Virus record (IMG/VR): IMGVR_UViG_3300030333_002885
Location: 11,598 to 75,597 of that record
Strand: one strand, 5' to 3'
Origin: a virus
DNA: 64,000 nt
Below the pieces are notes generated by a model. That model was not told where the DNA came from. It worked only from the letters and a program-made list of their open reading frames with translations, and did not search any database. A program made the translations under genes and the position numbers. This document shows, piece after piece, positions 10,530-18,999 of this stretch (its first letter is position 1; each line of letters begins with the position of its first letter).

Positions 10530-10979
10530 ATGCCAAAACTACCACCAAAACCCCTTGTCAGCGAGGTATTAGACGCTGTACATAAAGCGAAGACTAAGGA
10601 CAAAAAGATAGAGGTACTTCGACAGTACGATTCCAAAGCAGTTAGGTATTGTCTCATCTGGAATTATGATGAGAGTTTGAAGAGTGCTTTGCCAGAAGGT
10701 GAAGTACCTTATACTCCTAATCCATCACCAACAATAGAATCTCAGAGTAAGCTTGCATCTGAGTACAAAACCCTGTATAATTTCATTGAAGGAGGCAATT
10801 ACGAACTATCGAGTACTCGTAGGGAAGTATTGTTTATTCAACTGCTTGAAGCCTTGAATCCAGGTGAAGCAGAAGTATTATGTTTAGCAAAGGACAAAAA
10901 ACTTGGCAGAAAATACAGATGCAGCTTCCCAGTCGTTAAAGAAGCCTACCCCGATATCGTCTGGGGAAACAGAACCTAA
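10530..10979 (+). CDS. Conserved T4-like phage hypothetical protein
   Basis: LPEGEVPY...RRE.LFIQLLE.L...EA pattern typical of marine T4-likes. Confidence 0.8.
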   Translation: MPKLPPKPLVSEVLDAVHKAKTKDKKIEVLRQYDSKAVRYCLIWNYDESLKSALPEGEVPYTPNPSPTIESQSKLASEYKTLYNFIEGGNYELSSTRREVLFIQLLEALNPGEAEVLCLAKDKKLGRKYRCSFPVVKEAYPDIVWGNRT

Positions 10980-11292
10980 GACTTGGAGTGCTGAAGACAA
11001 AAAAGAGGCAAGAGAAAAGTATTGGATTAATATCCATGCACCTGATTGTTCTCTTGAAAAATCTAATGTCAAATCATTGCCTACCAATTCTTATTTGGTA
11101 GAGTATACTGTTGATAATTCTGATAAGATTCACTATGATATAGTGATTGCTAGTAAAAGAGTAGATGTATTTGATTTCTATTGGGACAAACTTAAAGGTG
11201 GTCTTAAAAAGATAGGGTACACTAATGGTACACGGAACCCTGCTATGTGGGGCAATCCTCCTATAAAAGAATCTAAAAAGAAAAAGAAATGA
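10903..11292 (+). CDS. Cyanophage hypothetical protein (start uncertain)
   Basis: LPTNSYLVEY...YD.V...VD.FD.Y...G..NP..W; stop overlaps the next ATG. Confidence 0.7.
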   Translation: MAENTDAASQSLKKPTPISSGETEPKTWSAEDKKEAREKYWINIHAPDCSLEKSNVKSLPTNSYLVEYTVDNSDKIHYDIVIASKRVDVFDFYWDKLKGGLKKIGYTNGTRNPAMWGNPPIKESKKKKK

Positions 11293-12056
11293 CAAAGATC
11301 CTTGTTACTGGTCATAAGGGATTCATAGGCAGTTATGTCTTCAATCACCTTAGACATGATGCAGGTTATGGATACCTAGTTGATGGTATGGATTTCCCCG
11401 ATGATGTCGGGGATTTTCAGTCTGAGATTAGTATGTTTGAAAAACCATATGATTATGTCATACATCTCGCAGCATTTGCTAACATCAGAGGCAGTTTAGA
11501 TAACCCAGATGTATTCTGGGAGAATAATGTAGAGAAGTCTAAACCTATCTTTGAATATTGTAGGAGATATAATGTCAGACTACTCTATGCTAGTTCAGCA
11601 CAGGTAGAGGAGTGGTGGCAGAATCCTTATGGTATTACCAAGAAGGTTAATGAACTACAAGCACCACCTAATAGTGTAGGAATGAGGTTCCAGACTGTTT
11701 ATGGTGAGAACAGTAGGTCTGATATGTTATTCAGAATGCTACAGGATAAGACTGCTAAGTATATTACTAATCATAAGAGAGACTGGATCCATGTTAAGGA
11801 TGTTGCTAGAGCAATTTGTTACCTAATGTCTAGTACATATACTGGACACATAGATGTAGGAACAGGTGAGACTATAACAGTCAGAGAATTAGCAGAAGCA
11901 TTTGGTCAGGCAAATCTACCAGTCAAGGAGAACACACCAGGTGAGAGAGATGTCACATGTGCTGACACTACTGCCTTGCGTGAACTCGGTTGGTTTCCAA
12001 GGGAAAAAGTTTTAGACTGTATTCCTGAGGGAAAACCGAACTCTCGTTTCAAATAA
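11289..12056 (+). CDS. NAD-dependent nucleotide-sugar epimerase/dehydratase
   Basis: LVTGHKGFIG, HLAA, YASS, PYGITK, RDWIHV.D. Confidence 0.9.
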   Translation: MTKILVTGHKGFIGSYVFNHLRHDAGYGYLVDGMDFPDDVGDFQSEISMFEKPYDYVIHLAAFANIRGSLDNPDVFWENNVEKSKPIFEYCRRYNVRLLYASSAQVEEWWQNPYGITKKVNELQAPPNSVGMRFQTVYGENSRSDMLFRMLQDKTAKYITNHKRDWIHVKDVARAICYLMSSTYTGHIDVGTGETITVRELAEAFGQANLPVKENTPGERDVTCADTTALRELGWFPREKVLDCIPEGKPNSRFK

Positions 12057-12062
12057 TCGGGA

Positions 12063-12084
12063 AAAAAAATTCGGGAATTTTTTT
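12063..12084. repeat. Perfect A/T-tract inverted repeat AAAAAAATTC-GG-GAATTTTTTT
   Basis: Read directly; just after the epimerase stop. Confidence 0.7.
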
Positions 12085-12104
12085 GAGCCACAGGATTTCA
12101 AAAA

Positions 12105-12120
12105 TGTAACAGTTGTTACA
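12105..12120. promoter_or_regulatory. NtcA-box-like palindrome TGTAACAGTTGTTACA
   Basis: Exact GTA-N8-TAC with 7-bp perfect arms; extended -10 TGtTATAAT at 12145-12153. Confidence 0.65.
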
Positions 12121-12159
12121 GTTCTGGTCTTATACATAGTAATGTGTTATAATGCACAT

Positions 12160-12207
12160 ATCGTTCAGTCCCAACAGGGACCGCAAGTAAGCCGACTCGG
12201 AACGGGT
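12160..12207 (+). ncRNA. Glutamine riboswitch-like aptamer 1 (glnA/Downstream-peptide class)
   Basis: P1 CGTTC/GAACG, P2 GTCCC-AACA-GGGAC, linker CGCAAGTAAGCCGAC; begins about 7 nt after TATAAT. Confidence 0.7.
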
Positions 12208-12208
12208 T

Positions 12209-12395
12209 ATCGTTCATCCCATGTTTCATCTAGCAGCAATAGCAGCAACCTTTTCTTGCATCGATGCTCAAATGTTGATCGATAAGATCAATGAGTTTAA
12301 GATTGAAGAGGAAACACGAGCTGAGATGATCAGCGTAGTGTTAGACGAAACACCTCATTGTGAGTGGGACGCAAAAGCCGACTGAAGGAACGGGT
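12209..12395 (+). ncRNA. Glutamine riboswitch-like aptamer 2 with a ~145-nt coding insertion in the P2 loop
   Basis: 5' half ATCGTTCATCCC and 3' half GGGACGCAAAAGCCGACTGAAGGAACGG both mirror aptamer 1. Confidence 0.6.
12221..12385 (+). CDS. 54-aa ORF nested in aptamer 2 (MFHLAAIAATFSC...HCEWDAKAD)
   Basis: Hand-translated ATG..TGA; below the ORF-track cutoff; hydrophobic N-terminus, two Cys. Confidence 0.65.
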   Translation: MFHLAAIAATFSCIDAQMLIDKINEFKIEEETRAEMISVVLDETPHCEWDAKAD

Positions 12396-12423
12396 CTAAT
12401 CCACCCTACCTAAGGTAACCAAA

Positions 12424-12567
12424 ATGGCAAAAGTCACTTATCGTGGTGTCGAGTACGACACTGAAGAGTACAACGCAAAAATTCTCGATGAGAATGCAAG
12501 GCGTAACAGACACGATCTAATGTATCGTGGACTCAAGGTAAAAAGTGCTGCAATTCCTTGCAGTTAA
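12424..12567 (+). CDS. DUF4278-type YRG peptide, 47 aa
   Basis: MAKVTYRGVEY...LMYRGLK; this family is typically found downstream of glutamine riboswitches. Confidence 0.8.
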   Translation: MAKVTYRGVEYDTEEYNAKILDENARRNRHDLMYRGLKVKSAAIPCS

Positions 12568-12590
12568 ACTAGCAAAACCTGTGCATAGTA

Positions 12591-12619
12591 AAAGGAGGGG
12601 TAGACACCCCTCTTTTTTT
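12591..12619 (+). terminator. Intrinsic terminator
   Basis: GAGGGGT-AGAC-ACCCCTC followed by a T run. Confidence 0.85.
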
Positions 12620-12648
12620 ATACTATAATATCCAAAACGGAGGATCTT

Positions 12649-12882
12649 ATGTTACACATGCGAGAACAACTCCTTAGAGCAGTATTAGCACATGCTCAAG
12701 GTGAAATTGCTAAACATAGAGCAAATGTGGAAGTTTATCTAGAACATCCTGCAGGTATCGGAGAGCATTCAGATATTACTGAAGCAATTCAAGTTGAACT
12801 TGATAAGATTGCTAGGTATGATGATCAAGTTGAAGTTATAAACAAATATTTTAGATCACCAAAAGAAACTTTAAATGGTTAA
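12649..12882 (+). CDS. Cyanophage hypothetical protein
   Basis: NVEVYL..PAGIGEHSDI; GGAGG RBS. Confidence 0.8.
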   Translation: MLHMREQLLRAVLAHAQGEIAKHRANVEVYLEHPAGIGEHSDITEAIQVELDKIARYDDQVEVINKYFRSPKETLNG

Positions 12883-13033
12883 TAAAGCTAAATTAAAAGT
12901 TTTGGTCATGGCTCTTAAGGAGATTGTTGAAGAGTTAGAGTCGGAAGTTTATTCTGACACTGAAGCATATACACAACCTCCTGTAGGTGATATTGAAGAG
13001 GTGTGGGATGACGATGACGGATATCCTGACTAA
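12875..13033 (+). CDS. 52-aa acidic hypothetical protein
   Basis: Hand-translated MVNKAKLKVL...LESEVYSD...DDDDGYPD. Confidence 0.7.
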   Translation: MVNKAKLKVLVMALKEIVEELESEVYSDTEAYTQPPVGDIEEVWDDDDGYPD

Positions 13034-13418
13034 CAGGTATCATTCTTGCTCTATTTCGGTTTATGGTGATTGGCGAATATCTAGCAAAGATGTTAAAATA
13101 CACCTTGCTGACATTGCACACCTATTAACCAAAAAACGGTTAAAAATGGTAGATCACGAAAATATTGCTTGGAAGGGTATGAACCTTTTAGAGGAATATG
13201 CTACAAATCGGTGTATTTGTTGTAAAGGCGAAAGATACCGAAATTGTGATTTTCATTTTCCTGGCATTTTAGTCGAAAATGCTCCAAATCCGTTTAATCT
13301 CAAATTTCGCATGATAGACGGAAAACACAGAATTGCAAAAATGCGTAAAATGGGCATTTTTCGCAGTATGTACTATGTAATCCCTTTTAAAAAATTTAAA
13401 AAATATTGTTATGGATGA
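12987..13418 (+). CDS. ParB/Srx-like domain protein (start probably slightly downstream)
   Basis: PGILV...FRMIDGKHR motif. Confidence 0.55.
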   Translation: MILKRCGMTMTDILTNRYHSCSISVYGDWRISSKDVKIHLADIAHLLTKKRLKMVDHENIAWKGMNLLEEYATNRCICCKGERYRNCDFHFPGILVENAPNPFNLKFRMIDGKHRIAKMRKMGIFRSMYYVIPFKKFKKYCYG

Positions 13419-13626
13419 TGCAAAACTTAAGTTAAGGCAAGAGGTCTTGAAAATCTTGATGTCTAAATACGGTAATAGTACCTACTCAAATCGTGCCATT
13501 TACGAATGTGCAGACGATTGGTGTAGTAAGCAGGTTACAACGCACGGACTAGCAGGTTATTTTAAAGCGTATTATGCGACTAAAGGAAACGATCAAGTTG
13601 GTGAAAAAGGCACTCAAGCATCCTGA
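13411..13626 (+). CDS. Hypothetical protein
   Basis: Overlap-coupled ORF containing IYECADDW. Confidence 0.6.
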   Translation: MDDAKLKLRQEVLKILMSKYGNSTYSNRAIYECADDWCSKQVTTHGLAGYFKAYYATKGNDQVGEKGTQAS

Positions 13627-13756
13627 GATGTATAATGAGGAAGAACTCCATTATATGCGTCAGGCAAAACGAGAGGCTAAAGCAAAACTTAAATTGAAAC
13701 AACTTAGAAAACTACAAAATGACTGTAAAACTGATTCAGATAACACCAAAACCTGA
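13574..13756 (+). CDS. Basic hypothetical protein
   Basis: KKALKHPEMY..EEL.YM; sits directly before thyX. Confidence 0.6.
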   Translation: MRLKETIKLVKKALKHPEMYNEEELHYMRQAKREAKAKLKLKQLRKLQNDCKTDSDNTKT

Positions 13757-14360
13757 GGAACAAATAGCGTATATCGCTAGGGTATCAAATCCCAAAAATC
13801 AGGATAATCCAGATTATGCTAAATTGCTTGCTTATTGTATTAAGCATCAACATTGGTCTATATTTGAACAGGCATTTATGACATTGGAGATCGAGACCAC
13901 TAGAGGTCTTGCTGCTCAGATATTGCGTCATAGATCTTTTACTTTCCAAGAATTTTCTCAGCGTTATGCTGATACTTCTTTAATGACAAAAGGTAGTTTA
14001 ATACCTATACCAGAATTGCGTCGTCAAGATTTAAAGAATCGTCAAAATTCTACAGATGATCTTGACCCAGAAAAGGTAAAAATGTTAGAGAAGGAAATTG
14101 CTCAACATTTTCATGATGCTCAGGATCTCTATCGTTATATGATAGATATGGGTGTTGCTAAAGAATGTGCCAGATTTGTATTACCACTTGCTGTACCAAC
14201 TAAACTGTACATGAGTGGTAGTGTAAGATCTTGGATACATTATATTGATCTTAGATCTGCTCATGGTACTCAGAAGGAGCATAAGGTTATTGCAGAGGAA
14301 TGTAGAGAAATATTTAAGGTACAATTACCAACAGTATCTGAAGCATTGGGTTGGACATGA
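13719..14360 (+). CDS. thyX: FAD-dependent thymidylate synthase
   Basis: HWSIFE, RHRSFTFQEFSQRY, ECARFVLP. Confidence 0.97.
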   Translation: MTVKLIQITPKPEEQIAYIARVSNPKNQDNPDYAKLLAYCIKHQHWSIFEQAFMTLEIETTRGLAAQILRHRSFTFQEFSQRYADTSLMTKGSLIPIPELRRQDLKNRQNSTDDLDPEKVKMLEKEIAQHFHDAQDLYRYMIDMGVAKECARFVLPLAVPTKLYMSGSVRSWIHYIDLRSAHGTQKEHKVIAEECREIFKVQLPTVSEALGWT

Positions 14361-15031
14361 CAAAGGTAACTCGTTTTACCAGTGATCCTCCACAATCACC
14401 TTATGCTCCTATATGGGATTATTGTATTGCTGAGAAGGAGACTAATATTGATGTAGAAGAACTTGCTAAAATTATTTTATCTAAAGAAGAAGAAATTAAA
14501 GAAAAATATCCAGATGATTGGGATCAATATGATGACGGAGATACTGGTTTGGGTGCAGATAGTTTAACTGCTAGATTTAACTATTTTAATGTGTTAAAAT
14601 GGGATAGTCCAGTATGTGAGGAACTTCATAAGGAGATTAGAGGATTTCATGCAGAATACACGAGAAATACTATTGGTAATCTTAGTGACCATCAATTCTT
14701 TAAGGATGGTGGTGAATTAAAGGTTAGATGTTGGGCAAATGTGATGCGTAATGGTCAACAGATCAAAAAGCATTCTCATTCAAGTTACCCTCATTGTTAT
14801 CTTAGTGGACATTTTACTGTTCAATGTGATAATACTTCAACGATATATTATCATCCATATCATCAAGAATCATACCCTTTTAAAAATTCACCTAATAGTA
14901 TGACATTATTCCCTACATGGGTTCCCCATAGTACGGATAAACATCAATCAGATGTACCTCGTATTACGATTGCATTTGATATACTATTACATAACAAACC
15001 GAACAGTGAGGGAGAATTAGTCTCTCTCTAA
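14351..15031 (+). CDS. Putative 2OG-Fe(II) oxygenase
   Basis: WANV...HSH...LSGH...LFPTWVPH...RITIAFD. Confidence 0.75.
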   Translation: MDMTKVTRFTSDPPQSPYAPIWDYCIAEKETNIDVEELAKIILSKEEEIKEKYPDDWDQYDDGDTGLGADSLTARFNYFNVLKWDSPVCEELHKEIRGFHAEYTRNTIGNLSDHQFFKDGGELKVRCWANVMRNGQQIKKHSHSSYPHCYLSGHFTVQCDNTSTIYYHPYHQESYPFKNSPNSMTLFPTWVPHSTDKHQSDVPRITIAFDILLHNKPNSEGELVSL

Positions 15032-15054
15032 ATAACACTACCTTGTAAAGTTTT

Positions 15055-15309
15055 ATGGCTACTTATCCTGTAATCCACAAAAAGACTGGCGAACAAAAAG
15101 AAGTTGCAATGAGCATCACAGAGTGGTCTAAGTGGTGCGATGACAATCCTGACTGGCAGAGAGACTGGTCTGACCCCTCAACAATGCCTGGTGTAGGAGA
15201 AGTTGGTGAGTGGAAAGATAAACTTAGAAAATCTAAACCTGGTTGGAATGAGATCTTAGGGAGAGCTCAAAAAACAGGTAGAAATCGCCAAAAACTTACT
15301 TTAGACTAA
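15055..15309 (+). CDS. Cyanophage hypothetical protein
   Basis: MATYPV..K.TGEQKE, PGWNE.L; late-promoter-like CTAAATA upstream. Confidence 0.8.
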   Translation: MATYPVIHKKTGEQKEVAMSITEWSKWCDDNPDWQRDWSDPSTMPGVGEVGEWKDKLRKSKPGWNEILGRAQKTGRNRQKLTLD

Positions 15310-15310
15310 T

Positions 15311-16066
15311 ATGCCACGCAAAAGAAAAACCGCATCCGTTGTCACTGGTATCGGCATGACTGCCAAACAGATGAGAAGGAAGAAACCTATTAATAGTGAC
15401 TTCTTAAATGATATTCAACCATTAACAGAGAATCAGAAAAAATTCTTTGATGATTATAACGAAGGTAAACATCTTTTTGCATATGGATGTGCTGGTACAG
15501 GTAAGACCTTTATAGCACTCTACAACGCTCTTAAAGAGGTATTAGACTATACGACACCTTATCAGAAGATCTACATGGTTAGATCTCTTGTATCGACCAG
15601 AGAGATTGGTTTCCTACCTGGTGACCATGAAGATAAGTCTGCACTATATCAGATTCCTTATAAGAACATGGTGAAATACATGTTTGAGATGAATAGTGAT
15701 GCAGATTTTGAGATGTTGTATGGAAACCTCAAGACTCAGGAGACCATTTCCTTCTGGAGTACATCATTTATAAGGGGTACTACTTTAGATAATGCTATTG
15801 TAATCGTGGATGAGTGCCAAAACTTGAATTTTCACGAGTTAGATAGTATAATAACAAGAGTTGGAGAAGATACCAAAATTCTTTTCTGTGGTGATGCTAC
15901 TCAAAGTGACCTTACCAGAGATAAAGAGAGAAATGGTATCATTGACTTTATGAGAATCCTACAACAGATGGAATCATTTTCATGTATCGAATTCGGTCTT
16001 GAAGATATTGTTCGTTCTGGATTGTGTAAAGAGTATCTGACCACAAAACACGCTATGTCTATGTAA
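15311..16066 (+). CDS. phoH: PhoH-family ATPase
   Basis: GCAGTGKT, IGFLPG, RGTT, DECQN, TRVGE, GDATQSD. Confidence 0.96.
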   Translation: MPRKRKTASVVTGIGMTAKQMRRKKPINSDFLNDIQPLTENQKKFFDDYNEGKHLFAYGCAGTGKTFIALYNALKEVLDYTTPYQKIYMVRSLVSTREIGFLPGDHEDKSALYQIPYKNMVKYMFEMNSDADFEMLYGNLKTQETISFWSTSFIRGTTLDNAIVIVDECQNLNFHELDSIITRVGEDTKILFCGDATQSDLTRDKERNGIIDFMRILQQMESFSCIEFGLEDIVRSGLCKEYLTTKHAMSM

Positions 16067-16743
16067 TGTTTAATCATGTTGATGTGACACTCCCTCGATT
16101 AGAGAGGGAAACTATTGATGGTGTTAGATACTATAAAGTTCCTAATGGGGAAGATTTATTAAAATTAGTATCTATTACTTCTGTAACCAGTCATTATAAT
16201 AGAGAGAAATTTGCTAAATGGCGTAAAAAGGTTGGTGATGCAGAGGCAAACAAGATTACTGCGAGAGCAACCTCTCGTGGTACTGACATGCATACCCTTA
16301 CAGAGCATTATCTGAAGAATGAAGAACTACCTGTAGTTCAACCATTATCAGATCTCTTGTTTAAAATTGCTAAACCTACTCTTAATAAGATTGATAATAT
16401 TCATTCTTTAGAGGGTGCTCTTTATAGTAAAGAATTAGGTGTTGCTGGTACAGTAGACTGTATAGCAGAATATGAGGGAGAATTATCAGTCATTGACTTT
16501 AAAACTTCTAAAGCACCTAAACCACGCAAATGGATTGATGGTTATTTTGTACAGGCAGCAGCATATGCTTGCATGTATTATGAATTAACAGGAACACCAG
16601 TCAAGAAACTAGTCATTATTATGGCATGTGAAGATGGAACTTGTGAGGTTTACGAGGAGAGAGATAAGTTAAAATATATGAGATTACTCGTTACCTACAT
16701 TAGAACATTTTTAAATTACCAATTGCAATTACATGGAAAATGA
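16066..16743 (+). CDS. PD-(D/E)XK exonuclease
   Basis: SITSV, RGT.MH, AGTVDC, IDFKTS, Q..AY. Confidence 0.88.
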   Translation: MFNHVDVTLPRLERETIDGVRYYKVPNGEDLLKLVSITSVTSHYNREKFAKWRKKVGDAEANKITARATSRGTDMHTLTEHYLKNEELPVVQPLSDLLFKIAKPTLNKIDNIHSLEGALYSKELGVAGTVDCIAEYEGELSVIDFKTSKAPKPRKWIDGYFVQAAAYACMYYELTGTPVKKLVIIMACEDGTCEVYEERDKLKYMRLLVTYIRTFLNYQLQLHGK

Positions 16744-16987
16744 ATTTACACAAGCTGTAGCTAAGAAATTTATGAATTCTACTAAGTTTGCTCAAGAGAT
16801 TGAGAAACTTGTTAAGAATGAAAAAATTAACTACATTGATGCTATAGTATTATTCTGTGAGGAGAATAATATTGAAATTGATTCTATTACTAAATTAATT
16901 TCTAAACCTCTTAAGGAGAAATTAAAATGTGATGCTCAACAGTTGAACTTTATGAAAAAGACTACTCGTGCTAAACTCCCTCTCTAA
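16733..16987 (+). CDS. gp33: Late transcription coactivator gp33
   Basis: YIDAI..FCEEN.IE...KLISKPLKEKL...A..LNF; synteny. Confidence 0.88.
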   Translation: MENEFTQAVAKKFMNSTKFAQEIEKLVKNEKINYIDAIVLFCEENNIEIDSITKLISKPLKEKLKCDAQQLNFMKKTTRAKLPL

Positions 16988-17489
16988 TCCAAAGACTCCT
17001 CATTACAAAGAGTTTAAGAAATGGGTTCTTGGACCTGATTTCTATTGGAAGTATAATGCTGAAGGAGGTGTAAAGTTTCCAGGTGGTTATTCAGATAGAA
17101 GTGTACCGTTTTATACTAGAGCTTTTATTCAAAGACCAGAGATAGCAAAATATCCTGTAACAGTACAAGACCCTCATGAGGTTGATAGTGTTGTTAAAGT
17201 AATGACTGAAATATTGGAACATAATAAGTATAATTTTAATAGTATACTGAGATTAGCAGTTAATTGTGTTCATCCAGAGAAAGTGGTTACATCCTCTTTT
17301 GCACATGTAGATCATTATTTTCCTCATAAGAATTTTATCATATATCTTACCAGTGCAGGTGGTTCTACTTTTGTAGAAGGAAAGGAATATTCTCCTAAAG
17401 AAGATGATGCTATTGTGTTTTCTGGAGAGCATTATATGAAGACTCCCGAACATAATCGTAGGGTTATTTTGGTTGCAACTATGATATAA
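16968..17489 (+). CDS. 2OG-Fe(II) oxygenase-like protein
   Basis: HVDH...IIYL...GG.T...H...RR. Confidence 0.65.
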   Translation: MLNSLSNPKTPHYKEFKKWVLGPDFYWKYNAEGGVKFPGGYSDRSVPFYTRAFIQRPEIAKYPVTVQDPHEVDSVVKVMTEILEHNKYNFNSILRLAVNCVHPEKVVTSSFAHVDHYFPHKNFIIYLTSAGGSTFVEGKEYSPKEDDAIVFSGEHYMKTPEHNRRVILVATMI

Positions 17490-17521
17490 TAAAGATAAAT
17501 AGAGGTGTTCAGAGAGGAGTT

Positions 17522-17860
17522 ATGTCTGATTTTTTTGATTCCGATTTCGTCAAAGATGAGATGGAAACAATTAATGAAATGCAAGAGGAGATTTATTCAC
17601 AAGTGTTTAAATTCCCCAAACTTCCTCGTGACGAACAGCTTGAGCATCTAGAACAGTTAGATGATTTGCTTGAAAAACAGCAGATTCTTTATACTCGTAT
17701 GAAACTGTCTGATGACCCTCGTGCTAAAGAGATTGCTGACAATGTTCGACAATCTGCTATAGTAATGGGGTTCCCTAAGGATGTTGATTGTAATCTCTTG
17801 TTTTCTAACATGAGACAAACTCTCAACAGAGTCCGTGAAGGTCTTGACAAAGCAGTATGA
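17522..17860 (+). CDS. DUF1825-family protein
   Basis: FFDSDFV...Q.ILYTR.KLSDDP.A. Confidence 0.8.
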   Translation: MSDFFDSDFVKDEMETINEMQEEIYSQVFKFPKLPRDEQLEHLEQLDDLLEKQQILYTRMKLSDDPRAKEIADNVRQSAIVMGFPKDVDCNLLFSNMRQTLNRVREGLDKAV

Positions 17861-17872
17861 GCGGCTTATAAT
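17844..17872 (+). promoter_or_regulatory. Sigma70-type promoter for gp32
   Basis: TTGACA-17 nt-TATAAT, perfect consensus. Confidence 0.85.
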
Positions 17873-17912
17873 AGACTCACACAAGCCAAATCCAATTACA
17901 CAGGCCAAATCT

Positions 17913-18773
17913 ATGTCTTTCGCATCGCTTAAAAAGCAATCATCTCTTGGTAGTCTTACTGCCAAACTTGTTAAAGAGGTTGAGAAAACCAATTCAGCAA
18001 ACAAAGGAGATGAGCGACTCTGGAAACCAGAAGTCGATAAAGCAGGTAATGGTTATGCCGTTATCCGATTTCTTCCAGCACCTGATGGAGAAGATCTCCC
18101 TTGGGTAAAACTATACTCCCATGCCTTCCAAGGACCAGGTGGGTGGTATATTGAAAATTCACTAACTACAGTGAATCAAAAAGATCCAGTCTCTGAATTT
18201 AATACTCAACTATGGAATAGTGGAGTTGATTCGGATAAAGAAATTGCTCGTAGACAGAAGCGTAAGCTTTCGTACTACACTAACATATATGTCGTGAAGG
18301 ATCCAGCAAATCCTCAGAATGAGGGTAAGGTATTCCTTTATAAGTTTGGTAAGAAAATCTTCGATAAGATTATGGGTGCAATGCAACCAGAATTTGAAGA
18401 TGAGTCACCAATCAATCCATTTGATTTCTGGCAAGGAGCAGACTTTAAGGTCAAGATTAAGAAGGTAGCAGGATACTGGAACTATGACAGTTCTGAGTTT
18501 GCTGCAGTTAGTCCTCTACTTGACGATGATGATGCTCTAGAGGCACTCTGGAAGAAGGAGTACTCTCTAGCAGAACTTGTTGATTCATCTCAGTTCAAAT
18601 CTTATGATGAACTTAAGACTCGTCTTAATGCAGTTCTAAAACTTAATTCTGCACCTGCTAAGAAAGCAATTAGTGTAGAAGAAGAGTTAGAGGAGGAGAT
18701 TCAGACTCGTCGTTCAGCACCAGCAGAAGAAGATGATGCATTATCATACTTCCAGCAGTTAGCTGAAGAGTAA
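17913..18773 (+). CDS. gp32: Single-stranded DNA-binding protein gp32
   Basis: GNGYAVIRFLP, WYIENSLTT, GKVFLYKFGKKIFDK, NYD.SEF, acidic tail; start placed at MSFASLKK downstream of the promoter. Confidence 0.97.
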   Translation: MSFASLKKQSSLGSLTAKLVKEVEKTNSANKGDERLWKPEVDKAGNGYAVIRFLPAPDGEDLPWVKLYSHAFQGPGGWYIENSLTTVNQKDPVSEFNTQLWNSGVDSDKEIARRQKRKLSYYTNIYVVKDPANPQNEGKVFLYKFGKKIFDKIMGAMQPEFEDESPINPFDFWQGADFKVKIKKVAGYWNYDSSEFAAVSPLLDDDDALEALWKKEYSLAELVDSSQFKSYDELKTRLNAVLKLNSAPAKKAISVEEELEEEIQTRRSAPAEEDDALSYFQQLAEE

Positions 18774-18784
18774 TATAAATAACC

Positions 18785-18809
18785 AGAGGGAGTTTACTCC
18801 CTCTTTTTT
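18785..18809 (+). terminator. Intrinsic terminator after gp32
   Basis: AGAGGGAG-TTTA-CTCCCTCT followed by a T run. Confidence 0.85.
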
Positions 18810-18828
18810 GTACAATTTAAATAGAAAA

Positions 18829-18999
18829 ATGGCAGCATACAAAGGAGATCATTACATCGCCAGCTTTGACGATGGTAATAATGCTAACACTCAGAAAATC
18901 GACATCTATGGTAAAGATGATGCTGATGCTAGAGCAAAAGTTTTACTTGCATATCCTTGGGCAAAGAGTATTGTAATTGCAACAGCAGCTAACTCATAA
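18829..18999 (+). CDS. Small hypothetical protein
   Basis: ATG start MAAYKGD; coupled to the next gene. Confidence 0.65.
   Translation: MAAYKGDHYIASFDDGNNANTQKIDIYGKDDADARAKVLLAYPWAKSIVIATAANS

Noticed and set aside
15000-15311. Pho box upstream of phoH
   Set aside because: No convincing tandem direct repeat seen; the gene is operon-internal
17835-17912. Extended gp32 N-terminus from the ORF track
   Set aside because: Spans the promoter itself; the recognisable protein starts at MSFASLKK
13719-18773. Introns or inteins in thyX, phoH or gp32
   Set aside because: All are uninterrupted and of normal length
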